NCBI GenBank assembly: GCA_032718475.1
Contig: JAUCBJ010004612.1
Coordinates: 23,534 to 87,533, forward strand
Length of the DNA: 64,000 nucleotides
Direction of reading: 5' to 3'
Origin: Nemertoderma westbladi
Lineage: Eukaryota > Animalia > Xenacoelomorpha
In this document: positions 1 to 14,189 of the stretch, one piece after another
How the letters are laid out: the number at the start of each line of letters is the position of its first letter
Position numbering within the stretch: position 1 is the first letter of the stretch
The notes under the pieces: model-generated
Database searches by the model: none
What the model saw: only the letters and a program-made list of their open reading frames with translations
What the model was told of the DNA's origin: nothing
Translations under genes and position numbers: made by a program

Positions 1-1088
1 TATTGTTGATATTGTGATGGGGGAATGTCACCCTGCCCCCCCCCCCCCCCCACCGGTATGTTTGATACTGGGGTTGATGTTAATATATTGGGGCCCATGC
101 ACCTATCCGCAATAATTCCCCCCTCCCCTGGGTATATGTTATGTCCTTGCATGCTGTAGTCATACTGCTGTACTGGTACCGGTATAGGCCTATCAGCTTC
201 TGGCCTACCTGCCGGTATGTACTCCGCGACTTCCGGGTTTAATCCCGTTGTCCGCGCTATCCTATCACCTAAATTATTCCTGCCAGCATGGCCTATGGTA
301 TGTGCAGTAAGGCCTACAGTATGTTCCACAGTCTGTATGTGTCGCTCGGGATCGAAGTTTAATCTTCTCGAATAATCCTCCCCGCGGCTACCGTATTCTC
401 GGTCGGTAGCTATATCCCGCCGGGAAGTTTCTCTTCGACCCCCTCCACTGCTCTCGTCCTCGTGCCGGTACATTGCGTACCCCTCTATCGGCGCGCAGTG
501 CGCCTCGTCAGGTCGCGCCTCTCCAGGACGACGGCAATCTCCCGAAGTTCGACCCCACTGACTCTCCGTTCCCATCTCGACTATCGACGGCTCACTATCC
601 GTCCTCGCTCTCCTATCGTTCACGGCGATACTTCTCATACTATCTTCTCTTTTTCTCTTTTCAGTGCAGTGTTCCTGCTCGTGAGATCTCTCGTCGACCT
701 CCCAGTTAAACTCCACTGTTCTTTTTCCCTCTTCTGATCGGGCTCGACGCTTCGTCTGCCCTCTCGCGACGTCAACCTGCCTCTCTCTGCTCGATCGCAC
801 GCCGCGGGAGATACTCACAATCCCCCTATTACTCTCCGTCGCCGGGTGTTGCGGTTTACCTAGCTCGGCCCGCGCATTATCCGCAGACGTCTGTGGGACA
901 CTCTCTGCCCCCCCCCCTTCTCGCTACTAATCTCTCATGGTTGGGCTCCTGTAGCCCCCCCCCCCCCCCCCCCCACTCGCCACATATCACGCCGCTACCT
1001 CTTACTTCACTTCTACACCCCTCTCCAGTCGACACAATGTTTCTACTGTGGCTGGGTCTACTCACCCCCGCCTCTCTCTCTACTATTG

Positions 1089-1350
1089 CGTGGCCTACCA
1101 GGCCTACCTCGGGTTGGCTCAACTCCGCTACCTCCTGCCTACCTACCAACTACGTGGCCTACCAGGCCGCCGTCGGGTTGGCTTAACCCCGCCACTTCCT
1201 GCCTACTAACTACGTGGCCTACCAGGCCGCTGTCGGGTTGGCTTAACCCCACCACTTCCTGCCTACTAACTACGTGGCCTACCAGGCCCCCGTCTGGTTG
1301 GCTTAATCCCGCCACTTCCTGCCTACTAACTACATGGCCTACCAGGCCCC
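1089..1350. repeat. ~60-bp tandem repeat, about 4.3 copies
   Basis: Unit ACGTGGCCTACCAGGCC.C.GTC.GGTTGGCTTAA.CCC.CCACTTCCTGCCTACTAACT recurs at 1152, 1212, 1272 and 1332 (partial), with a diverged copy near 1089. Confidence 0.95.
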
Positions 1351-1720
1351 CATCTGCCAGGTTGTGTATGTCCGACACGTTCACATTAATAGCACCACTG
1401 TGATTGTCGCCAATTTGGCCCTCTAGTTCACCTAAATTATTTTGTGCACCAAAATTAGAAATGGAATTATTTTGTTCGTTCGAGATAAGATTATTTGAAT
1501 TATTTTGCGTGCTACATTATTTGAGTTATTTTGCGTAATTACGTTATTTGTATTATTATTTTGTAAATTCGAATTCGTATTATTATTTAAATTATTTGGA
1601 TTATTTGTATTTAAATTTAAGTTACTACTACTAGGTAGAATATTTCCTGGAATAAAGGTTTGGTTAGATTTATCCAATATGGTACTATTAATATTAACGT
1701 CGTCTACTGTATTATTATTA

Positions 1721-2662
1721 TTACCCCCCCCCCCCGCCCGTACGGTCACACCAGTCTCGGGTCTGTAGTGCGGTCCCTGTAAGTGGGGTATTAATAAATG
1801 TATCCACGGCCCTTGGCTCCTCGAAAGCACCCGAGCCAGCGTCACTCTCTGACAACCCCAACTGCGCCAGTTCCAGTTTGCGCTTCTGTCTAGTTTGGTA
1901 TTGTATAAGCCCGCTAAGGCGAGTATGTAAATCATCCTGCACACGCTTCCCCTCTGCCGCTCTTTCCTTATTCTCTCGCGCGTTCTGCTCGGCCAGTTCC
2001 GCCTCTCTCCTAACTCTCTCCATTCGTCTCACCTCCCTCGCCACCTCACGCTCTCTACGTCCCGCCTCGCACTCTTTACGTTCACTTTCCTCTCTCACCT
2101 CACGCACTTCTTGTTCCTTCCTCCCTATTTCCTCGCACTCCCTAAAGCTTCTCGCGGCCTTCTCGGCTCTCTCTCCGGTCTCTCTAGCCAGTTCCGTTTC
2201 TTTCTCTAATAGCGCTCTCCCCTCCTCTAACTGTCTCTCTATATCTCTCTGGTCTTGCGCTATCAGATCGAGATGGTACACCGCATTTATTTCCCTCATC
2301 CGTCTTTCTTTTGCGGAGGATGTAGCAGACTTATCGGTTGTGACGGATTCCCTCCGCCTTCCTGTCCTACTAACTTTCCCCCGCCCCCCAGAACTTCCTC
2401 CGACCGACGAGACCGAATCTTCGGGGTTAACCTCGGATTCGCCCTCCTGCGGTCTCCTCCAACCCACTAATTTTACTCCCCGGGCATCGACTAAGTATGG
2501 CCCTATGTACACTACAGTAGGTTGCATACCCCTACACTCCCATAGATCGCACAGTTCGCTGGCGACCTCTCTCGCTCTCCCCTCGGCTAGTTCTCTCTGT
2601 CCAAAGCGCATTAGGTAGTTAAACTTTTCGTTCGACTCACCTAGTCGCCTTTTCAACTTCAC
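1721..2662 (-). pseudogene. gag-like coiled-coil ORF fragment of the LTR element
   Basis: 313-aa E/R-rich coiled-coil ORF downstream of the LTR/PBS. Neighbouring frames (1432-1944, 2667-2966) look like frameshifted continuations. Confidence 0.45.
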
Positions 2663-3231
2663 CGATCTATCTTGGCCCCTCCTTTGGTCTCTTTGAGCAG
2701 TTTCCGGGTCGCGTTGTAGGCCCGTCGAAGTCGATCGCTGACCCCGACGTCCTCGTCGCCGACGTGTCCTCTATCTCTCCGGGTCCGGCGTCGTACCGTC
2801 GGCCCCACCATTGCTGTTCCGGTGGGCCGTTTGTCGTCCTCGGCCTGTGGCTGGCCGGCGACATCGGCACGTCGACCGCCGTCGTGTGTCGACTCGTCTC
2901 TCTCTCCTCCCGACTCGTCTCTCCTTTCTCTCGACTCGTCCTCTGGTTCCAGACGGCCCCCCTCATCCTGAATTGCTGGATCGCCCGTTGTGGATGGCTC
3001 CGGTGTCGTGGGCTGGTACCGTCTTGTCGCGGCCTAGATCGCCGTCCGGGGTCCGCGGCGGTGTCATCTCTCCTGTTCGACTCATCTTGTACTTTAGATT
3101 GGTGGCTGGTAGTCAGTTTCGTGTAACTGTCGGTATCTATCGCTTAGGGCAGCAGTTGGTTTCAATTACTGTGACGGGATCCACGGAGGATCCCGGTTTA
3201 TCCGGTTTTCAATCTACGCATCCCCGCCGTG

Positions 3232-3815
<584 letters not shown>

Positions 3816-4631
3816 GGGTGCAAAATGTGGTGCTAGCACCAAATTTTGAAAACCATCAAATATATATCAATTGATTGTGTCACCTTGTTTCTTGCGTTAT
3901 ACGGGTTTGTGATGGTTCTGAATTCAATGGAATCAGTAAAAATTTCATAAGAGTTCTCAAACTTGTATTTTTCGCCGGTGGGTGAAAATTGTTGTGCCAG
4001 CACCAAATTTTGGAAAATATGCAAATTGATAAGAAGATAGTATCACCTTGTTTCTTGCGTTATACGGGTTTATGAGGGTCCTGAATCCGATGTAATCAAT
4101 AAAAACAGCACTGGACATCGCAAACTTGTACTTTTTGGTGATGGGTACGAAATTTGGTGCTAGCACCAAAATTTGCCAAATTACGTCGAAAAATACAAGT
4201 AGCAATGATCTGGCATATTAGAAATGTATTCCATTAGAATCAGCGCCCTCGAAAACCTGAAAATGTGAATTTATAGCATCGTATAAGTGAATTAAAAATT
4301 TTGTGTTCTAACTGAAAAGTGCTGGTTACTTGTTTTTCTCATTTTTTTCCTACGCAGAGAGGACTAAACAGCCATTTATAGTAATCATATCATTTTTTAA
4401 TATTTTCCAATCTATTTTGCACCCCAGAAAACCTGTATTGAAAAATAATTAGCCGAAAATGTAACTTTCAAATTTGGTGAAAATTGTGCACTACTTGTAA
4501 TTTTGGTGCTGCAATATAACCACTCCAGTACATTTTTTCGAAAATTTTTTTTTTTGGTCGGATCCAGACAAGTGATACCTGCGGACAAACAAAAAATCAG
4601 ACGTTTTCGTAAATATTTGTAGATTTTAGAG
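3816..4631 (-). mobile_element. truncated copy A of the 1.55-kb TTAA MITE
   Basis: Near-identical to 36318-37131 of the full-length copy. Both termini are missing; it is bounded by LTRs on both sides. Confidence 0.9.
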
Positions 4632-4633
4632 AA

Positions 4634-5344
4634 TGCTTTATTAACCTTCACACTACTTCACACTAATATTCACACTAAGGCACACTGATTTGCCGACTGT
4701 CACTGATTTTGATCATATATAAGGAGGATTGCAACTCACGTACGTTGGGATTATGAAATAGCATTTAATTCACACAAACCACTATAAATTGAGCCACAAT
4801 TGCTACTGATACACCCTTCTGCTTACCTCAGTAATTAAGAAACTAAACGGGGATTTTACGATTATTCATCAGTATTCTCCAAATATAACATCCATTAATA
4901 TAAACAGCAATTAACAACAGTATAAAACAGTATATTAGAAAGCATTGCGGTGAAAAGAGTATGTGTTATGTTCGTGTCGTGCAATATGGTATGTGTTTCG
5001 ATGTATGTTAATAGATTTGCGTTCCTATAATTCTAGCCTCTGATGTTAGGGTAAAGTCTGAAAGTCAGAACATCTGAATGAATCCTGAATGAAGTATGGA
5101 TTCTCGGAAAACTGCCGAATTGTGTCATCTCCCATAGACCGCTGTAAACAGAGAAAGGGAGATCGCTCTGATTGGCTAAAAATATATGTCAACAAAGAAC
5201 ATTCTCACACAAAGGAACAGCTTGTAGATTTCGTCATTCCAACTCTTGGTTTTTTGACAGACCCGTAGTTGTACAATTATAAGCCCTTTAGAGTATTTAG
5301 CACATTGCGCAAAATGACTTATTTTGTCCGCAAAAGCTTTTACA
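4634..5344 (-). repeat. 3' LTR of BEL copy 1 (~711 bp)
   Basis: Minus strand TGTAAAAG...AATAAAGCA, preceded by purine tract GGGAGCGG (5345-5352). 4634-5096 matches 51271-51742 with roughly 15-20 substitutions counted by eye. Confidence 0.85.
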
Positions 5345-5422
5345 CCGCTCCCAGAAAATGGGATTTGAGTCTATAAAATATACATAAAATCACAGTTTCT
5401 AATATAAAAATACTCTAAACTA

Positions 5423-6530
5423 TCAGTCCTTCTTCCGCGAACGACATTTAAGAAGTTTCTTAAGGCTTGTGAGAGTCCTTTTCTCCTTGGGGCGAGCCAC
5501 TTTACTAGGATGGCTATAACTCCTGGGGGAAGGGTGCAATACAATTGTATCGGAAGGGTTTGGATTATGGTTGGTGTATCCGCCGGTCGGGGTACCCAGT
5601 TGATCGATATTGATATCGGTGGATCGGGATTGGACTACCTTTAGGGTTTGTTTCAGGACGGCAGCTCGTACTGGTCCTCGATGGGTTGTCTGTACGATAG
5701 TGGTAGGTTGACCATATGTAGTGAGAAATTTTCTCGGTTTAATCGTCTTTTCTAATTCGCCTTCCCTGGCTTTGTATTCATATGGTCGTTTATGAACTTC
5801 TTGTAACTTGGGATGTACGTTTATGAATAATTCACCGTATTCAGGATCTTGGCGGATAAAGTTAATCAGGTTATAAGAAGCCAAGTTATTGGGATTGATA
5901 TTTCTCAGATATTTCCGAATGTATTTGGTTGAAACACTCTCAACAACACGTTTAATCAGTTCGTAACTGGGAGTGCGAGATTTTTGTACAACTGAGGAAA
6001 AGAGATATGGGTGAAACGCATAAACTCCTTCATATGCACGTCCTGGATAGTATCGGTGGCGTGATTCGCAATGGAGATCCGCACTAGCTTCCCAGGATCT
6101 GATATAGCATAATGCAACTATTTCGTCCACACTTTCTAGGTCTCGGTTGAAAGGGCAATCAAAACTAGCGTGTCCTTTGAATTGGCAGTGGTGACATTGA
6201 GTCATAAATTGAGGACAAACAGCAAAAATACGCTGATCGTTGAGTCGACAATAAGCACAATAAATTTCCATAGGAGGTTGGTCTTTAAAGTAGGAGCAGC
6301 GTTTGTTGCAGTCTAAAGAAGTAAAGTGGTCACGTGATGCACATAATCGACAATGTTTCCTAGAAATATAATTGGCATGCCGATAATCATATGCCGTGAG
6401 ACATTGTGGACCTTGATATCATTCCAACACAATCATTATCACTACTCCTGGGCGTTGTGGGTTGAATTTCTTCAGATTCTAAGCAAATTGGTTCTTCTTC
6501 AACTTACACAGCTTCGACGGATGTAGCCAT
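5423..6530 (-). pseudogene. extra BEL-borne ORF with three CCHC zinc knuckles (5' part disrupted; 282-aa ORF at 5423-6271)
   Basis: In-frame upstream extension reads CRLCASRDHFTSLDC, then CAYCRLNDQRIFAVC and CHHCQFKGHASFDC. Probable original start ATGGCT at 6530. Stop lies ~70 bp before the PPT. Confidence 0.6.
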
Positions 6531-9500
6531 TTTCTCTAGGGAACCCACCGTTTGAACTTCCACAATAGTCGCGAAATTAAAAGCAATGGTAAAGTAACAA
6601 CTCCTGCCTGAGCTGCTGCAGCAGCTAGCTGTGTAGTAATGGTTGAGATAAGGGCTGCCTGAGATAGAATTCCATGAAGGCAGAAGTTCTTGACTACACC
6701 CCTTCTGCTGCTGGCTGCTGGCTGAGTCTACACATCCTTTATCAGCTCTCAGGGATAGACAGAAAATAGTTGAGTTGTCAATAAACAAAATAAATTATAC
6801 CACTGCAGTAGGATTATATTATTATTCCACGAATCATTGGGCTGATTATTTTGTGTAGGATATATGTAGAATGTTCTTAAAAATAATATTCTTATTTTTT
6901 TTATTACATAGGATTAGCATCATTTTTTAGCTGAAGCATTAATAGTGCAAATTAATTTAATTATATTTTAATACCATTACTACATTGGCATAAGATAAGT
7001 TTTAACAATTCTTACAAATATTTTAAAACTCAATAGTGGTGCGAGCATAAAACTCAAATCACACAAATTTAAAAGAACCGGGTGTGTTGTCATAATATCT
7101 ATCTCCATAGGTTATTCTGCTGGACTGGGTCTGGGTGCGGCTTTGCTTTTGGGACGGGGTGCTGATTGAAAGGGGGGTTGAAGGGGGGAACTGTCCCTTT
7201 TCACTTTGACTGATTTGCGGTTTTGTTGAATTTCTTGGATATAGTTGTTGTGATGCTAAAATTTAATTTGTCTTTGATAATGTATTATTTTGTTTCATAT
7301 TGTTTAGACCTTCAATTTTCATAATATTAGTTGAGTTTTTGTTTATACATTTGCTCTATAATATATTATTATTATTATTTTTTTTTTCTTCTCCAGTCCA
7401 TATATATTAACCAAATTAAATTCAAATTCGCATCGACAGATAAAAAATTTTTACACAACAAGCAATCAGCAAGCAATTACACAAAAAGTAATACGAAACG
7501 GATAATTGACAAGTTAATGGATAGCCTAGTATGTAAACGTGGTAACATAATCTTATCGCCATATACGAGGCTTTTGGTACCGGTATGACTTTTTTCAATA
7601 TTTTACCCTGTGGATAAATACACTTAACCTACAGCAGCGCCTTATGCATATGACAAAAAAAAACCAGAACATCATAGGTTCTTATTAGCTACCGTATTGA
7701 ATGCTTAAGTAGCGAAGGTGAGATAAACATAATGACGGAAAATAATTCACCATATAATATAATATAATGCACTATTATTGGGACTCGGAATCCCACAGAA
7801 CAGGATAGAAAAACCAGAAAAAAAGAAAAAAAACATCACTATTACAAATCGAAACATACTAGCAATAGATTTGATGATTTTAACTTAAAAAGTAATCATT
7901 GATTAGCTTCCATTTTTGCTCAAAAATGTAAATTTTTGATTCCTGAACTGCGATGTAGTTTTCATAAAGGAAATTTTTTCGAACATGATGTAGAAAAACA
8001 GATATTTGTAGAGCCGGAGTATTTAGGAATTTTTCGCAATAAATATAGTATCTTAGTAACTGTAGGAGGCAATTAATGATTGGCGGCACTTTTGTGTGGT
8101 ACCCAAACAACATTGAAAGCTTTGTAAGAATTAATGACTGTTTTGTGTTTTTTAACCACCACAATTTAAATTCATCAATTAATTTTTTCACAGTTTCACA
8201 CTCCCAGAAAAGATGTAAATAAGTTTCCTCGAGTGTTTTACAAAAAGAACAAAGGTTTGATGATGAAATGCCTATTTTAAATAGCAACGTATTTGTGGGT
8301 AACCTACTGTGCAGTAACTTGAATTGAAAGGACCACATTTTCACTTCACGTGAATTTGTTTTGGCCATTTGATAAAATTTGTTCCACAAAATTTTATCTA
8401 CATCAGTGTGTAACTCTAAGCACCATTTTTGACTTGCTACTGTGTTTGTTTCACCAATTTGATCTATAAATAATTTGTATGCCGTATTTGTTGATCGTCG
8501 ACCTTTGTTAATTATGTTCATAGAGAGTGGCGCAGAAGCTCCAAGTACCTGTTTTTTGAGCGCAGTCCTTAACTGAGTATTAATGGCGTCCACTACACTC
8601 ATGTAGAAAAAATGGTCTTTTTTGGAAACATTGAATTTTTCTTGTAATTCATTAAAGGAAAGAAATCTGTTTTGTAGGAGGTTTCTGATGTTATGGATAA
8701 AAAAAATACCTTTATTAATCCATTGTTGATGAAAAAGTGGTTTACTATCAATTTTAATATTGGAGTTTAACCATATAGTTTGATAGTTAACAAAATCATC
8801 ATTGTTAATGCCGTTTCTGACTGCATAATTTATTCGGCACCAGACAGTTAAGACGTTGCACCAGAAATTACCTTTACACACCTTGATATTTTTTATATCA
8901 TCTGGAAGTAAATTTACAAACCATTTTAAATTTTTGGCGACACTATCCCAGAGTTGCGTGCAGGCGAGTGTTTTCCACACCGAATGACTATTTTCTATGA
9001 GTTTTTGAACCATTTAACTTTTTGACTTTCTATGAAGGTACTTAAGTCGGGGATTTGTGCACCGCCAACTTCATATAAGTTAATCATTACTGCTTTTTTA
9101 AGTTTTGGCGGTTTTCCAGCCCAGATGAATTTGTCTAATAGGTCTGAGATATTTTTTTGCATGTTCACTGATGGGTTTTCAAGACATGCAAATAAATATG
9201 TAAATTTTGAGAGCACCAAAGTTTTTGCGATGCATATCCGACCCAATAAAGAGAGTTTATGGCGTGACCAAATTTCTACTATTTTTTTTGCCTTTTCCAA
9301 GGCGTCAGGAAAATTTAAGCATTCAATGGAGGAAATATTTGTTGAAAGTAGAATCCCGAGGATTTTGAAAGGCTCTCCAGGAATTAACCACTTGAGCCTT
9401 AGCTGTGGACAGATCTTGCCGGCTCTGTTTTTCATGGAGCCAATCCAAGTTACCTCTGTTTTGGATTTGTTTAGCTTTAAGCCAGAAATATTTCCGAAAC

Positions 9501-11161
9501 CACATACTGTGAAATTATATTATTGCTGTTCCCCATTTGCAGTCCTTTAATTTCATGTGTATTCCTAACTACCCCAGCAAGTATTTCAACAGCTAATACA
9601 AACAAATATGCCGATAACGGACATCCTTGACGAACACCTCTTGAAGCAACAAAAGATTTTGATAAATAACCGTTATTTTGAATCACTAACTTAAAATTGT
9701 TGTTATAAAAAATGCCAAACCAAGTGAGAAAAGAGTCTGGAAAATTGAAATGTTTCAATGCCTGTTCCAAGAAATCCCATTCTACAGAATCAAATGCTTT
9801 TTGAAAATCGGCCATCACAACTAGGCCGGATTCCATTGTGTCGATTATGCGTCTTATATTTTCGCCAATGTAACGGCCTTTTACAGAACCCGTTTGGTCT
9901 GAATTTATTATCGCTACCAAGACGGTTTTCATTCGAGAGGCTAGGGCTTTGCTCAAGATTTTATAGTCGGTATTTAGTAGAGTGATCGGTCTGCGATTTT
10001 CTATTAGAGATGGTATTTTGTCCTTTTTTGGGAAAAGGGACATGATACCTTGACGCTGTGATACTGATAGAGATTGTTCTTCAAACGAGAAAAGGAAACT
10101 TTCATATACATATTTTTTTTATGTCTGTCCAAAAAAATTTATAAAATTCTGTAGGGAACCCGTCACCACCGGGACTTTTCCCATTTGACATTTCCTTTAA
10201 GGCAGTCAAACATTCGAGCTCTGATATATTTTTGTCTAGAATTTTTTGGACATTTCATCAAGTTTTGGTAAGTTGGCACATTTTGTGAAAAATGCTGACG
10301 ATTGTTCATCTCTGAGGATCGGACAATGATTAAATTTTTTAGACTGGTATAAATCACTATAAAATTGTACTGCTTCATTGAGAATTTCCTTGTCAGATGT
10401 TACACTTTCACCCCTTTTCGTTTTAAGTCTATGAATAGTATTATTTTTTGATTTACTTTTTTCTAAATTGAGAAAAAATTTTTCTCCAGCATTATAATTT
10501 TGTAATTTTGCCCGAAACATTGAGGCTTGGGCCTCGTTTTCTTCTAATTTAATAAGGTTATTTTGAGCATTTTGATATGATTGCATTTCGCTGTTTGAAA
10601 GAAATTTTTCTCTTCTGTGAAAATTTTCGATCTCAATTTCTAACCTATTTCGTTTTTTTGTGCTTTTCCTTATTTTTGTTAATGCCATAGCTTATAGCCT
10701 TTGTTCGAACATTTAACTTTATCATTTCCCACATTAAATGTGGGTTTATATTATCTTTATATTCGGTCACTGTATCCGAGATGGTTGTTTTGACAAGGCA
10801 TATGTAATCTTCATCAGTTAGTAAAGAATTATTGTGTTTCCAGAACCCGGGTCCCTTTTTCCTGTTTGTCCAGTTATTTGGTATTTCGAATTGTAAAAAA
10901 ACCGCCGAATGGTCACTGTAAAATCCGGATACTGATCCGCATTTACTAGTGACAGATGCAATCGAACTTGAAACGAGAAAAAAATCTTTTCGTGTACGTA
11001 CCCATCCTTGGAATACTTTTTGTCTATGTGAAAAGGAAATACCATTTGGGTGCAGTGACCGATATATATCGATTAAATTAATATTTTCCATAGTTTCTAA
11101 GACCTCACAACGTACTTTTTCATTTGTCTTTGGAGCTCCACCGAATTTGTCCTTGGTGGGA

Positions 11162-14100
11162 TAAATATTTCTCCATTTGACGCAACACCGCCGCGGCCGC
11201 TATGAGGGAGGTGAATACCGCGGCCGCTCCTAAAGCCGCAGGCCATCGCTAACTATATAGGTTAACTTGGGATTCTGGGGGACTTTTCGATGAAGGTACT
11301 GACCAAATTTTTTTATTTTCTCACCAGGGGAGCGGCTCGGAATTCTAAGATATTAGCAACTCTAACATTATTAAATCTAACCCTTCGACGGACACGGCGG
11401 ACAAAAAACCGTCATTTTTTCGTCAATTTTAAAATTTTTTGAAAGGCGCTCTACAGTGGCTCGAAAAAACCCTAGGTTATTGCTTAGCCGACGCCGGGAT
11501 ACGATAGAAGGGATTAATTAGTGAATTCGTTTTTTTTTTCAAAAAAGATTACCACGCCTTTTTTCCGAAAATGTCCGTCAAATTTGAAAAAACGGACAAA
11601 ATGACTTTGCGGGATCCGCTATAACTCGGCTAATATTAATCGTACGGGGACAAAAGTAACGCGGTTGGAAAGGGGAAGAGTGGTACTACCTTCGTATCGA
11701 ATGGGGGTAAGATATTTATTAAAATTTCGGGTGGAAAAAGGGGCTGTAAATTTGTACGTTTTTGTCCGTCTTTTTTGGAAAACTTATTTCCGAAAAGTTT
11801 AATTCGACAACGCAGGTAGGAATCCACTAATTCTTTTATGAAACTCGTAGAAGACCATTGGGGCTACGTTCCTATCGAATGGGGGTACAAAAAATATGTC
11901 GGTAATAGGGGCCAAAAAGGGCCAGAATTTGTAAAGTAGTTTTTATCGAATAATTTTTTATTTTTAACTTTAGTTGGTTAAGGTACATTCTATACAATCA
12001 ATATCCATACGGGGAATTCAAATATGCTATTGGTTTTGCTCCAAGGATGATATTAAAAAAATGAGGGCCAAAATTATAATTTCGCGCTTCAAACTTGCTT
12101 CGCGGGAAATCGTCTAGCTCGAAAACTACTTAACTTACGGGAGATTTGTTTACACAGACTTATAGTGCGTTAAATTATCTATCTAACAGCGTTAATCACA
12201 GCGCCGGAGGTATTATAAAACTGGAGCGGCAGGCGATCGTGTGAAATATAATATTTATAAAAAGGGACGAAAATTTTTTTTTTTTAACAAATCGCTATTC
12301 CATTATAATTTAGCGTATTGCGCCATAAGTACCTGTAAAAAGTATCAAATTAACTCCGCTATCTTTTATCTTAACATATATAATTAAAATTACGAATTTT
12401 AAGGGTCGAAAAATATCGCGTTATTTTGGCCCTTTTTTTTAATTTTTTTGGGGCCAAAAATAACCCCTTCTCAAAAGATTAAGAAAAAAATTACGGCAAA
12501 GAATATACCAATTTTATTGAATTTGGACCACCAGAACCGAAGTTAGAGCGATTTTAGTGAAAAAATAAAAATAATTTTTTTTGAAAAAAAATTAAGAATG
12601 GTCAGGTCAATATTGGATTTCGAACCCGCGAACTTAGGTTTCATTAACGTGATTGATAACCACTAGACTATGTGACCAAGTGAATTTGAAATTTTCGAGT
12701 GACTATTTTTAAACATCAATAACTTCGGTTCTACAGGGCCGTTTAATCTGAAACTTTTTTCATTGGATACAGAATAGATTGTAGTGTGTGAAATAGGATA
12801 AAACTTGGGAAAAGACTTATGTGCACTTAGTGCAAAATGCACTTAAATAGTGAACATTTTTTCGATAGTTCAAACACTATTATTTCCAGTTCTATTCATC
12901 GTAGAATGTTATTTTTTGGATTAAAATGTAGTTTGGAATGATTTCTAACTATAATCGTAACATTTGTTTAACTTTTTATGTCTATAAAGTGACTTAAAAT
13001 GTCCATGAATATGGTCCAAAATCGCAAATCCAGATTTATTAAATTGGATTTTTGACACTTTTAGCGACTGACACTTGATCATACACTATCGTAGATCGGT
13101 AGAGGATAAACATAAGTTTGTTAAATAAGAGCCACCATTACGATCTGCTAAAGTGCATTTGTACAAATAAGTGTGCAAAAGTGCAAATTTTTTAATAAGG
13201 TCAAATTATATAGTATTGGGTTCTTTTCTTTGCAGATACTTTATTTTCATATTAATATGTTGTTTGAACCTTACTGAGCGCATTAGGGGATATGCGTACA
13301 AATAACCGGCCCTTATGAGGCTTCGATTGGGTAAATTAATAAAACATAAGGTTGTATAGTATAATATTCTAAAAACCAGTGTGATATTAAATGCACTTAA
13401 AACAATAAATAGAGATCAAACAACAAATGGACCACACAATTAAAAACTCGCACAATTTTGTACTTATTATATCGCTTCAAATTAATTCAACAGTGGATAT
13501 TTGGGGGGAGGGGGAAGTTACAGTGTGCATTCGGGGGAAGTTTGGTGAACTGCATTTATGCAGTGAATCCAAACTTCCCCCTTTGAGATATCATATACTT
13601 AAGACATGCTAGGGTGACGGGGAAATATTTGTTACTGTCACACTTTGCTTCCATTTATCCTATCCTTTATTATTACCCCAGTAAGATAAGAGATAATAAA
13701 TCAGTAAAAACTAAACTAAACTGTCTTTCATGCAAACAAATTTCTAACTAAAGACGGGTGAATGACCATGACCATGGAAATAATTTTAAATATAATCGTA
13801 TATCAACTATTTGGGGAGGCTTCCAAGTTAAACCCGAAAACAATTATTTTGTTACATATATAGTAAATAACGTTGTATGTTCTTCTTCCTCTCATAATAA
13901 AATATATATGAAATATCTCAGATCGCTATGCCCTGTAACATTTCACAACCAAAATATTTAAGTGTGAAAAGTGTAGGCCTACCACACTCCGCCCAAACAA
14001 CCGCAAACGCATAGCCAACAAATTTAACAAAAGGTTACATACATGTTGGGTTCATGACGAGATGAGTGAAAATTGATCGCGTAATATAAAGTAAAAAATT

Positions 14101-14189
14101 AAGAGACGGGCTGACTCTCCTCCACTTTCTTACCCAATGGATATGTTGTTGTAATAATCTAATATTGGGGCGGCTTTCTCTCGGTGATG
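11162..14189. mobile_element. ~3.0-kb non-coding insertion, unclassified (DNA-transposon-like)
   Basis: Joining GGTGGGA (to 11161) with TCTAAGACGCA (from 14190) restores in-frame CVLD-PTKDKFGG of the LINE endonuclease. No long ORF inside. Confidence 0.75.
12605..12677 (-). other. tRNA-like / SINE-head-like 73-nt sequence with Pol III A and B boxes
   Basis: Minus strand GGTCACA-TAGTCTAGTGG (A box)...GGTTCGAAATCC (B box)...TGACC. Termini GGTCA/TGACC pair, but the anticodon arm is not canonical. Confidence 0.5.

Noticed and set aside
1089-1350. Regular repeats as a possible CRISPR array (also 54884-55052 and the MITE palindromes)
   Set aside because: Units are repeated in full with no unique spacers, no cas genes are present, and the context is eukaryotic TEs.
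5423-6271. env gene of the BEL element
   Set aside because: No signal peptide, transmembrane segment or fusion-protein features; zinc knuckles instead.
12605-12677. Functional tRNA gene
   Set aside because: Anticodon stem and T-arm do not pair canonically; kept only as tRNA-like.
11164-14166. AATATT as a 6-bp TSD for the 3-kb insert
   Set aside because: Those boundaries leave about 10 extra codons and a frameshift in the LINE endonuclease, whereas 11162-14189 restores CVLD-PTKDKFGG exactly. Not fully excluded.
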